Shown here piece after piece: positions 25,855-36,160 of a stretch of DNA of 64,000 nt. Numbering within the stretch: position 1 is the first letter of the stretch; each line of letters begins with the position of its first letter. Under the pieces are notes generated by a model. It had not been told where the DNA came from and searched no databases. It worked only from the letters and a program-made list of their open reading frames with translations. Source of the stretch: Paragordius varius (lineage: Eukaryota > Animalia > Nematomorpha); NCBI GenBank assembly GCA_964247055.1, contig OZ176057.1, positions 2,604,001 through 2,668,000 of the forward strand, written 5' to 3'. Made by a program: the position numbers and the translations under genes.

Positions 25855-27514
25855 AATATATAAAACAAACCTGTATACAAGTTTGTAGCAATTGAAATAA
25901 CAAATTTTGCATTTCACGCACATTAGGTGTGGCTTTTATGCGACACTCTATGATGCTTGGTTTAACTGCTTCTAGGTATGCCTTAACATCAGACTGAAAT
26001 CTAGGCAACAAGATACATTGATTCACATGCAGTCTGTGAACCACTGTATGCTGTAGCGTAGTCAGAAATGATGCGGCATTATTTCCCTCAACACTTCGGG
26101 TAAAAGCCCATGGAGTTTGACTTACGGCCTTAATCCAAACTCTATCTGCGTTACTGGTATCACTTGAAACTTCGCAATCATTATTACTAATATTGTCATT
26201 ACTGACCGCTCTAAACTCATTGATCCTTTGAATAATTTTAAGGATGAATGCTTCACCCCCGCCCGATTTCGATGTTATCACATGGGCTCGATCAAGAATG
26301 ATTCCTTGAAGAAGTTCAAGCGGAATTACTGGAGATTTGTTTGTCCCCGAAGAGATCAAAACATTTTTCAGGGTCTTTTCAAACATTTGTTGTTTATTAT
26401 CCATTGAGATCGTTTGAGTTGACGTTAACAAATCTACGATAAGGATTCGAGTTGAAACAAAAAATAAGCCACCTTCTCGGTACATTTGACTCCTAAACAA
26501 ATAAAGTAAAAAAATAATAAATGTTTAAAAATGTAACATAATGGTTTTAAAACGAGATATATATACATACTTATTAACAATAACAGCATGTAAGCCAAAT
26601 AACATATAAAGATATGATTTTTAACTTGTTAAAACAGGTCTTTTAATCAAATATAGCTTATTTATTATATAATAAATGATGCAACGTAAATTTTCATGAA
26701 AAATAAATTTGAAAAAATATTAAAGTTACCTAATGATAAAAATCATTGTTACAAAATTGAATAAAGATTTACATTCATAAATAGAATTATCTAATCCAGG
26801 GGTCGGAAACTTGGGTCTCGCGAGCCAAACTTGGCTTGCCAAAGCATTTAGAAAAAATTGAATTATAGTTAAACCTCACATAGTTTTAGGTTTTTTAGTA
26901 AATAAATTCACATTTATGTAGCATTTAAATGTTAAGAATAAATTTTTACTACTTATAATATAATATTGATAAAGAGTAACTTAATTATATTTTTTAGCGT
27001 AGGGCTCGCCTAAAATTTTATATGATGTAAACGGCTCACCTCCAAAAAAGGCTGCCCACGCCTGATCGTATCCATAAAATAATAATAATTGCCAAAATTT
27101 TAATAATAGGGGCAAAAATAAAGATTTTAAATATTTTTCTAAATCCAAATTAAATTTATTTTTATAAAAAATGAATCTAATTAAAATTAGAATGCAATTT
27201 ATATAACCAAAATTTAAATGATATCATGCCAACCTTTTAGTTACAGAATATTCATTAATAATCTTGGGCAAATATTGCTCCCCTTCATCTTGTAATTTTG
27301 ATATGTAATGTTGAGCATCAGATTGTGTACAATTTAATACAAATACCAAGTTTCCTGGATCCAAATATAGCCTTATATAATTGAGTAAAAATCGTTCTAA
27401 ACCCAAACCTCTAAAATTTATTATTAAAAAAAACTTGGCTATGATTAACAAGCTATTCTCGTGATGGAAATCCAGGAAAGGTTGAGTTTCATATTCCAAT
27501 AACTCGCTTGACAT
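12200..27514 (-). CDS. ERCC4: DNA repair endonuclease XPF (ERCC4/Rad1/mei-9), 16 exons, 1004 aa
   Basis: Exons: 27514-27435, 27410-27234, 26492-25871, 24532-24351, 23450-23357, 22703-22616, 21495-21205, 21135-21092, 20306-20288, 19948-19764, 17461-17222, 16240-16120, 15684-15508, 14260-14034, 13691-13469, 12444-12200. All junctions are GT-AG and phase-compatible; total 3015 nt. XPF motifs: [76 protein letters not shown]...VERKSIPDL (nuclease core), [21 protein letters not shown] (HhH2). Confidence 0.93.
12840..13520. repeat. Degenerate ABAB tandem array containing copies of the XPF exon-15 3' end and donor site
   Basis: acctccaacaaaattg at 12999, 13141, 13277 and 13467; aaaacaag(g/a)ttatt recurs about five times. 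Confidence 0.85.
17790..19661 (+). mobile_element. PIF/Harbinger DNA transposon, defective, in an XPF intron, antisense to the host gene
   Basis: Perfect 19-bp TIRs GGGCCTGCTGAATAAAAAC (17790-17808 and 19643-19661), ATA on both flanks (candidate 3-bp TSD), subterminal TGAATAAAAA repeats, and an internal transposase remnant. Confidence 0.9.
18492..19325 (+). pseudogene. Harbinger/HARBI1-like DDE transposase pseudogene
   Basis: Fragments [10 protein letters not shown] / [14 protein letters not shown] / [37 protein letters not shown] / WLLTPF / [11 protein letters not shown]...CSILHN lie in different frames. There are at least four frame disruptions plus a stop codon. Confidence 0.88.
20060..20197 (-). 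other. Possible tRNA-derived SINE fragment
   Basis: Minus strand reads ggtagttag-ggcaccgggcca-GGGTTCGAACCC-cg (B-box-like), then a T run and a GC-richer body. There is no anticodon arm, so it is not a tRNA gene, and only one copy was seen. Confidence 0.3.
21877..22066. mobile_element. Palindromic MITE, same family as 25172-25352
   Basis: Inverted arms (gggggcaatttgcaacacagtagtgtatggaaaaa versus tttttccatacactactgtgctgcaaattgccccc). Confidence 0.75.
25172..25352. mobile_element. Palindromic MITE (TA-CAGTAT..ATACTG-TA)
   Basis: The arms ttttaatggttgc..gggcaatt..cacag.agtgtatggaaaa are reverse complements. A second copy lies at ~21877-22066. Confidence 0.75.
25458..25728 (+). mobile_element. 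hAT-like non-autonomous element
   Basis: TIR-like ends CAGGGATGTCCAA...TTGGACAGCCCTG with subterminal GCCGC motifs. No clean TSD. Confidence 0.6.
25786..25852. repeat. (AT)n microsatellite, ~33 units
   Basis: Direct reading. Similar tracts occur at 51185-51250, 28886-28938, 19960-19997, 30280-30315 and many shorter sites. Confidence 0.95.
26797..27064 (+). mobile_element. hAT (Charlie-like) non-autonomous element
   Basis: Ends CAGGGGTCGGAAAC...GCTGCCCACGCCTG, internal TCTCGCGAGCC / GGCTCGCC motifs, and a degenerate 8-bp TSD (atctaatc / atcgtatc, 6 of 8 match). Confidence 0.65.
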
Positions 27515-27618
27515 AAATGTTCTGAATTTTTAAATATTTTGAAAATTGTCTAATCAGCAAATCACATTTACCAGTTAGTTCGCATCATATTTCAGCCAAT
27601 TGAAAAATTAAAATACCA
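27515..27618. promoter_or_regulatory. Putative bidirectional promoter / 5' UTR region between ERCC4 and EIF3J
   Basis: 104 nt separate the two divergent ATGs, and the interval contains a CCAAT-like motif (cagccaat, ~27593-27600). Function is inferred from gene orientation only. Confidence 0.6.
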
Positions 27619-28126
27619 ATGTCAGATCCTGAAGAATGGGGTAATTAATTTTTAAATTTAAAAATCTAAAATCCTCAAATATTTCTATTAAATATTTAAT
27701 AGATACGTCCATAGATGCCGATGGAAATGTTATAAAATCGAAAAAAATCCTTGAAACTTGGAATGATGAGGAAGTCCCTGATGAAATCAAAGTTAAAACC
27801 TTGCTTATTAATTATCTTTAACATAATCTTTTTTTGCATATAGCTTTATAAATATATTATTTTTGAAAAAAAATTTTCAGGACAATTGGGACGATGAAAG
27901 TGAGCCGGAAATAGAAATCCCCCCACCTGAAACGAAAAAAAGTATTCCAAAGCCCGGTAACCATGGTAACAAAAAAAGTGTTGAATTAGATGTACAATCA
28001 AAAGTTACTCTTAATCCAAAAATTAATGGCCATATCCCACAGGTATTACCATATCAACTCCACACATTTTTTTCTTTAATTTTAAATTTTTTAAATTTAA
28101 TGATTATTGAGCTTTTTTTTAAAAAA

Positions 28127-28167
<41 letters not shown>

Positions 28168-28890
28168 TGTATACTTTTTTATTTTTATTTATTTTAAAAT
28201 AAAAATTTATATAGGCACCTTTGAGCGCGGAAGAACAACTGATTGAAAAATTGCGTTTACAAAAAATCCAAGAGTCTCAGGACTTGGAATTAGCTAAAGA
28301 AATTTTAGGTTTTTTTATTTTATATTTTTATTCTTATATTTATATATATTTGTTTTTTTATAAAATTGAAATATATTAAAATATATTTTTTGGAGATATA
28401 TGCCGGTTTTGATTAGAATTAATCATGTATATAAAAATATATCATAAAAATTATTTTGTATTTATATGTCATAAACAAAACCTTAGTTTTGAAATTATTT
28501 TTGTTAGGATTATATGGTTATAAATTTTTTTTATAATTTCTTCCTTCCGTAAATGATTTTTTTACTTGTAAGAAGATAAAAACATACCAATTATACCTCA
28601 AATCCACCCTTGAACAATTCAAATTTATCCTAAAATATTTTGTGTTTTTTATAAAATAACTAATATATATATATATATATATATAAATGAAATTCCGTTT
28701 AAAATTAATAGAATTCTGTAAAAATAATAAACCAAGCCATAAAGAGATCATATTAATAATCTGTTATATTAGTGCCCAGGATATTAAATTGTTCAGGGGG
28801 GAATTTTAATTGTTCAAGAGTGAATTTGAATTGTAAATGGTATGTTAAATTGCAAATTTACATTTAATATATTTTTTGAGACGTTATTTA

Positions 28891-28961
<71 letters not shown>

Positions 28962-29173
28962 TAAACGTATTGGTATTAAAGTTCCGATTAACTTTTTTTT
29001 TTCAATTGATGTATTTTGCCTTATTTGTTTAAGAAATTTAATTAATTATGTGGAATATTTTAAAAATTTTCAACAGTAAAAAAAATATTTATTAATTTAT
29101 AGCCATATTTTTTTATTTATAAAAACTTAACTCATCGTTATGCGTTACAAATTAATTTTATTAAGTTGTGAAT

Positions 29174-29204
<31 letters not shown>

Positions 29205-30273
29205 ATTTATATATTTTATATATTAGGAATTGATTCTTGCTCAAACTTTAACAGTCAAGATTACAGTAATTTTATAATTTTTTTATTTTAAATTAGGTGT
29301 GATTTGAAACGTTTTATAATTTATGTTTTGTTTAGGGTTTTTGCAAAAAATTTTGATAAAAAATTACTTGGATTTCGCTTACATTAAATTTTTTTATAGA
29401 AGAAAACAAAAATTTTATATTTATTAAATGTTGCTTTACGATTTCAATTAGTTTTTTTTTAAATTTTGTATCAATGTTAAAATCTCAATTTTTAGCATGC
29501 TTCTCAAAATATACATTGTTTTTTTGTTAGATATTTTAGAGATAGACCAAATAATTTTATTTTAGCGAAAATAAATTTAAGTCTAATGCCTCATATTAAA
29601 CTTAAATATTCTTCGGAAAGTATTGTATGTTAGATTTATTTAATTCTTTTTCCCATTTACAATTTTTTAATTTATATTTTGTAATTCTTCTTGAGATTTT
29701 AAATTTATGTTTAAATTTATCCCAATTTAATGTTATTATGAAAAAAAAACCAAAATATAGTAGCAGCTTTCTAAAATATTTTTATTTAAAACTGATCAGT
29801 TAAAGTTCTTTGTAAACTTAATATACTCCCCTCACTAATTATATATATATATATATATACCATTAGCTTTTTATATTTTGTCTTTATTATAAAAACATAA
29901 TTTAAAATTTTTTTATCAAAGAGAATTTTTTATCTTAAAGATTTATATACCTTTTTTTTGTTAAAACTACAAACTGCTCTCAATATTCCTTACTATTTTA
30001 AGATTATAATTTATAATGATGATACATTTCCAAATAATATTATTTTATTAAGGATGATTTTCTGTTTTTATATTTTAAAAATTCAATTTTTTTCCTTAGA
30101 ATCGCAAACTCCTAGTCAAAATTCTACCAATCAACAGCAATCCACTACAACCCCTATATCAATACCATTTGATACTTTATTAACTTCTATAAGTGACTTG
30201 CCTCGAAATACTCGTTCCGATTTTGAGCAAATACTTTCAAAACTTAAAACTATCCTTGATTCTATAAAGGTAA

Positions 30274-30318
<45 letters not shown>

Positions 30319-30492
30319 ATTAATTTATGTCATTTTTGGTTACCAGTAAAAATTGTAATTTTAAAGCTAATATTTCACATTTTTTTAAAAGGGCAAAAAA
30401 ATAATTTTATTCAAATATTAATTCTATATATGAACATCTATTATTTGCATAAGAAATAAGGAATAGAGATGTAAAATGGTTACATATTCAGT

Positions 30493-30524
<32 letters not shown>

Positions 30525-33286
30525 TTTTATCATTTATTTGCTAAAACATTGAAAATTGATTTCATTGAAATGACAATACAAAAGTACAGTAAAAATTAAA
30601 ATTATACGGACAAAATGTAAAAATTAAAGACAAATTTTTTTTTAAAAGACAACCATACTTTTTATTTCTTGATTTATTTCAATCAATATAATCTTTGTTT
30701 AAAGGACTTGAAAATGGAGATATATTTTACTAATACAATCAATTCAATATTTTACAATTGTAACTAAATAATATGGGAAAATTACGATTGAAAATTGTCT
30801 TTAAAATATTTGTCTTTATATTTTTACATTTTGTCCGTATAATTTCAATTTTACTGTTTTCTCTTTATATAATTGTTTAATTTATATTTTAAACTTATAT
30901 TTTTATTTTTAGGACTCCTCACATTTTCATTATTTGGCTGAAGAATTAATCAAACACATTTGCTATCAAAGTATTTTATCTTATAAAATTTAAAAAAAGT
31001 GAACAAAGGCCTTTTTTAATTAGAACCTCATTTGAAATGATAAAAATCCAATCATATTTTTTAAAATTTACATATATGTACAATTTTTATAATTAAAATT
31101 CATAAATATTGGGTTAAAGTGTTATATTTTAGTTTACCCAAGCGTTTGAAAAAACGTGAATAAAGGATAGTTTTATTAAATCTCTTTATTTTAAATATGA
31201 ATAAAATTTGATTATATATTGAGAATCAATTTTTAAATATTTATATATAAATATATATATGCACAATTTTTAATTGATATACATTGGGTTAAAGTATTTT
31301 ATTTTTTTTATTTTTCATCAAAGTTTAAAAAAATGTTATAATATATGATAGATTTCTTATTATTTTAAATAGCGATTTAGCTCATATACCATTATTATTT
31401 GAACATTTATATATACTTAACGTTCAACTGTTACATATAATTAAATATTAAAACAACTCCTTTTATTTTTTTCAATTTTATTTATTGGTTAAGTTTAATG
31501 TTATTAGTATTTTTTTCTTATTAGTTTCTTCAGAGGAATTTTTAATGTTTTAATGTCTTTAGCAAACATAAATTTTTAAAATGATTTTACGACAAATATC
31601 TATTTTTAAAAATAATATAAAAATAAGTAAATTCGAAAAAAATTCTCCACCCATAAAAACTTTTTCAATTAAATTGTATATATATAAGTAAATTGACTGT
31701 CATTTTAGAAAACAAACCATTTTTTTACCATGCGTTTTAATATTAAAAATTGATTAATTTTAATTATTATATTTTTTAATTTTAGTATTTTGTTTAAAAA
31801 TATATATTTATTTATTTTATTTAGTTTCCGCTACAGATGTCAAAAAATTAAGTATTATGATGGATTCTGTATCCCAAGAAAAATTAAAGGCCGCAAAACA
31901 AGTATGCCTATATAGTGATATAATAAAAATTGGAATTTTACGGACAAAATGTAAAAATATAAAGACAAATATTTTTTCCAAAATACAACCATACTTTGAA
32001 AATCTTAATTTTTTTTATCAAAATTTATTGTTTTTGCAAAGTTTATAATATATAGATATATATTGGTAATGGAACAATTTTTATTATAGGATTATAATGA
32101 TTTTTATAGAATAAATAGAAAAAAGTATGGTGATCTTTTGAAAAAAAATATGTCTTTCTATTTTTACGTTTTGTCCGTATAATTTTAATTTTCACTATAC
32201 ATACACAATAATTAATAAATAAAAAACTCAGTAATTTTTATTTTACTTAATAGTATTTACCATGCTCAAAATTTTGTATAATAAACCCTTTATTTTTAAA
32301 TGATATAAGTAAGGTTTTTTTGTTATAGTATCAACAATTCTGGCCTATGTCTAAAGTCAAATATATGAAAAATCATTTGTTTTTAATAAATCCATCTATA
32401 AATGGGTTTTTTGTCTACAATAATTTTTTTCAACCTTTGTCTTTAATTATATATTATTTTTACTGTCGGCTTAAATCTTTTGTTTTAAACCTTAATTTTT
32501 TTCTTTGTAACTTATTTTAAGATACAAAATAAAATAAAGTTTTGAGATGGCAATCGGAAAACACACTTAAATTTATATATACCATTTACAGTTGATTCAC
32601 TATTAAACAATTCAAATTCACCCTTGAAAATTCAAATTCATCCTTAACAATTGAAATTAACCCTAAAATAAATTATGTGTTTTTTAAGAGAAAAAATTAC
32701 CTATATTTTTTTGTATTTTTTATATAATGAAATTTCGTTTGAAATTTATATAATACTGAAAAAATAATAATCTATGCCATATGAATATATTTTTATAATG
32801 AGTTATATTAGCCTGAAAACACATAATTTATATTTAGGGTGAATTTGAATTGTTCAAGCGTGAATTTGAATTGTTCAAAGGTGAGTTTGAATTGTTCAAG
32901 GGTGAATTTGAATTGTTCAAGGGTGAATTCGAACTGTAAATGGTATATGTAAATGATGCCATTTATATACAAATATATCCCAAAAATATTTAGTGAAAAA
33001 AATTGTTTTTTATTTAGTTATGTAACATGTGTCTACTAAAATTCCAATCTATTTTCACAAAACATTATATGTAAAAAACTTTTTAAACATTTTTTTCCTA
33101 CTTTAATAATAGCAAGCCAAAATTACAGGAGGAGGACCCAGTACTGAACAACTCAAGAAAAAAGGTGTAACAGTCACTTCAAATGCCACAAGCGGAAAAT
33201 TAAAACTACCAACGCTGAAAAAAACGAGTGAGAAAGATTATAATCAATATATGGCTCAAGATTACGATGATTATGATATGTTTTAG
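27619..33286 (+). CDS. EIF3J: Eukaryotic translation initiation factor 3 subunit J, 8 exons, 281 aa
   Basis: Exons: 27619-27640, 27703-27791, 27881-28042, 28215-28308, 30100-30269, 30913-30970, 31825-31901, 33113-33286; total 846 nt, all GT-AG and in phase. Motifs: MSDPEEWD, IKDNWDDE, LSAEEQLIEKLRLQKIQESQDLELAKE, DVKKLS...QEKLK, C-terminal DYDDYDMF*. Confidence 0.9.
32577..32947. mobile_element. MITE family A (ATATACCATTTACA termini, 21-bp subterminal repeats); representative of ~21 copies
   Basis: TIR ATATACCATTTACA..TGTAAATGGTATAT, unit AATTCAAATTCACCCTTGAAC, and a conserved core (gctaatataactcat...ggcatagtttattattttttcagtatt). Approximate copy starts: 14367, 16265, 22381, 23507, 24165, 24652, 28583, 32577, 33331, 35884, 39470, 41210, 46002, 47946, 52371, 52737, 54553, 55375, 58381, 59192, 61905. 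Confidence 0.9.
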
Positions 33287-33330
33287 ACGAACAAAACTAA
33301 AAAAAATGACAAAATTTAATATATATATAT

Positions 33331-33601
33331 ATATACCATTTACAATTCAAATTCACCCTCAAACAATTCAAATTTACCCTCAATTAAAATATATGTTTTT
33401 TTAAGATTAAAAATTGCCTATACTTATATATTTTTCAAAAATAAAAATTTTGTTTTAAATTAAAATAATACTGAAATAAATACCAAACTATACCATAAAT
33501 ATATATTTCATATTAATAATGAGTTATATTAGTACGAAAACACATTATTTATTTTGGGTGAATTTGAATTGTTCGAGGGTGAATTACTGTAAATGGTATA
33601 T
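33331..33601. mobile_element. MITE family A copy just downstream of the EIF3J stop codon
   Basis: Both termini intact and embedded in (AT)n on the left; starts 45 nt after the stop codon. Confidence 0.85.
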
Positions 33602-35149
33602 ATTACGCTAAATTAAAAAGGTTTTATTCATTTTACCGACTACTTTACATGAGTAGAGCTCAGTTCTTTAAATGTTCTCTTAAAATATGCTGTTATATAA
33701 ATACAGTAAAAAATTTGCGCATAGTTATTATATACGGAGAAAACATATTTTGATCCTTATTAACTTTTAACGTTAAATAAAGGTTGACTTCTTTTTTATG
33801 TTAACTCTGTATATATAGTTTCAATTCTTTACTGTATTTATATATATCTTTATATTTGTGGTTCTATGAATGAAATGCCTTGAATATAATTTTCGCGTGG
33901 ATTTATAAAATTTTATTTTGAAACAAAATTATTATGATTGTATTTCAATACGCGACATGTACGCCATACATATTAATTAAACACAAATAAATTTATAATC
34001 TTAATTTTATTTGCTAATTTTTTAAGTATTAAATAAATTATTTTTGTGTAGAAATAAATAATTGTTTTTTACAATCCACTCAAAGAGATGAAATTTATGA
34101 ATTAAACAATTACTGAACCCTGCTCACTTTAGACTAGAATTATTGTTTTGTTTATAATACAGATATTTTATCGGGATTTTCCATAATACTAGAGATATCA
34201 TATTTAAAATTTGGAAAAATGATAATATAAATTATTTTCTGAGAGCTATTTCATTCAACAAGAGGATATATTATGAAATTATATGGACAAAACTTAATTA
34301 TTTTAAAACAATTTTTTTCAAAAGACAACCCTACTTTTTAAACCAAAATTTTTCACATATAAACTATTTTACTGAAATCGGAAATATATAATAGTTTGTG
34401 AATATATATATCTCTATTCCATACTTAGCATTTACAATAAGTTTTATAAAAAATTAAGATTAAAAGTATAATTGTTTTTTTGTTAAAAATATTTGTCTTT
34501 ATATTTATACGTTTTGTCCGTATAATTCCAATTTTTACTGAATATTGAATATATTATAAAATTTATTAAAATTAATTACATTTACGTTTAATCAATAAAT
34601 ACCGGTCATTTTTTACAATAGCACATCATAGGTTGATTATTATTGTTTTTAATTTAAAATATGTATCAAAAATAAATTCTTGTGCACATATATTATTTAT
34701 AAATTAAAAATTTTCGGCAATTTTGTAGTATTTGCATATTCCTGATAATTATTAGCATATGAATTTAAATAGCACAATTACAATCAAAACCATATTTTTT
34801 TAAAAAATATAAATATTTACAAAATACATAAATGGGTTTAAATTACAATTCTAAACTTTTTAATAGCGAGCCAACAAAAGTTGGAAAAAACTAAAATACT
34901 GTAAATTTTTATATAATTTTAACAATTATTTTTAATCTTTAATTTTTTTATTTTATAACTAGGGTCGATTCATAAATTAGGGGTTCCCCCTAACCCCATT
35001 TTAAATTCTTGTGCAGAATAAAAAAATATGGATATATTTTTTTATAAAATTACAACAAATATTTAAACTTTTTGAAGTTTGTCGGCTCCTTTATATAAAG
35101 AATCATACTTTTAATTTTACAATTTTGCATTAATAAGGTTTTTTATTCA

Positions 35150-35400
35150 CAGTATAGACACTAATGTTGGTTAATTCACATTATTGTTGACCTAAAATGG
35201 GATATACAGTAGCATATGGGAAAATAAAAACAACGATTGATTTCAATTCCAATTTTTTCCTATCTATCTACCTATCTTACAACATAAATATTGTTTGTTT
35301 AATTAATAACTGGACGAATTTTGTTTTATATCATACGCTACTGTATTACCGATTAGCCTAACAAAAAAGTGTGAATAAACTAACATTAATGTGAATACTA
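35150..35400. mobile_element. Palindromic MITE-like element downstream of the PLD stop codon
   Basis: Inverted arms taatgttggttaattcaca...tacagtagcatatg versus catacgctactgta...tgtgaataaactaacatta. Confidence 0.55.
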
Positions 35401-35617
35401 TTTATACATGATTGCACAATGTATAACTTAAAATGAATGGTAGAACCATCTGCGTAAATAATACTGTTGATATTGGTTTAAGAGGTGGACAAGCAAGCAA
35501 ATAAATACAAATTTAGCCAATATTTGTTCCTCCTTTTAAGAGGAATGCACAGTTTTTATCTCGTCAAATAAATCGTATATTTCTTTCTGATTTAGATTTA
35601 AGATTTTTTGGTTCGTT

Positions 35618-36129
35618 TTAAGTAAAAACGGTGGAAGGAGCTAAGCCTTCTTTACTTAAAAGTTGAGGTAACAAGTTAGTTTCCATGCTTAAGAAATGTA
35701 AGGGTGTTTGAACTAAATGACCTTTAACATATGTTTTAAGGAGGTATCGTGCTTTTTCAGGATCTGCTTTTGCCAAAGGTAATACTATAATAGGTTCTTG
35801 AGGTATGGGTGACGTACTGGCATCTTTTTATGAGATAGATATAAATTGAAAATAATTAAAATTGTAAAAAGTATGTGGACCATATATACCATTTACAGTT
35901 CAAATTCACCCTTGAACAGTTCAAATTCACCCTAAAATAAATTATGTGTTTTTGACGATTATATATTACTTATATTGTTTTATTTTTTTCTGAAAAAGAA
36001 ATTTTGTAGGTACTTAAAATAATATTGAAAAATAAACTTTTCCATAAAAATATATTTAATTTTAATGATGAGTTGTATTAGACCGAAATTTCATAATTTA
36101 TTTTTAGGGTAAATTTGAATTGTAAATGG

Positions 36130-36160
<31 letters not shown>

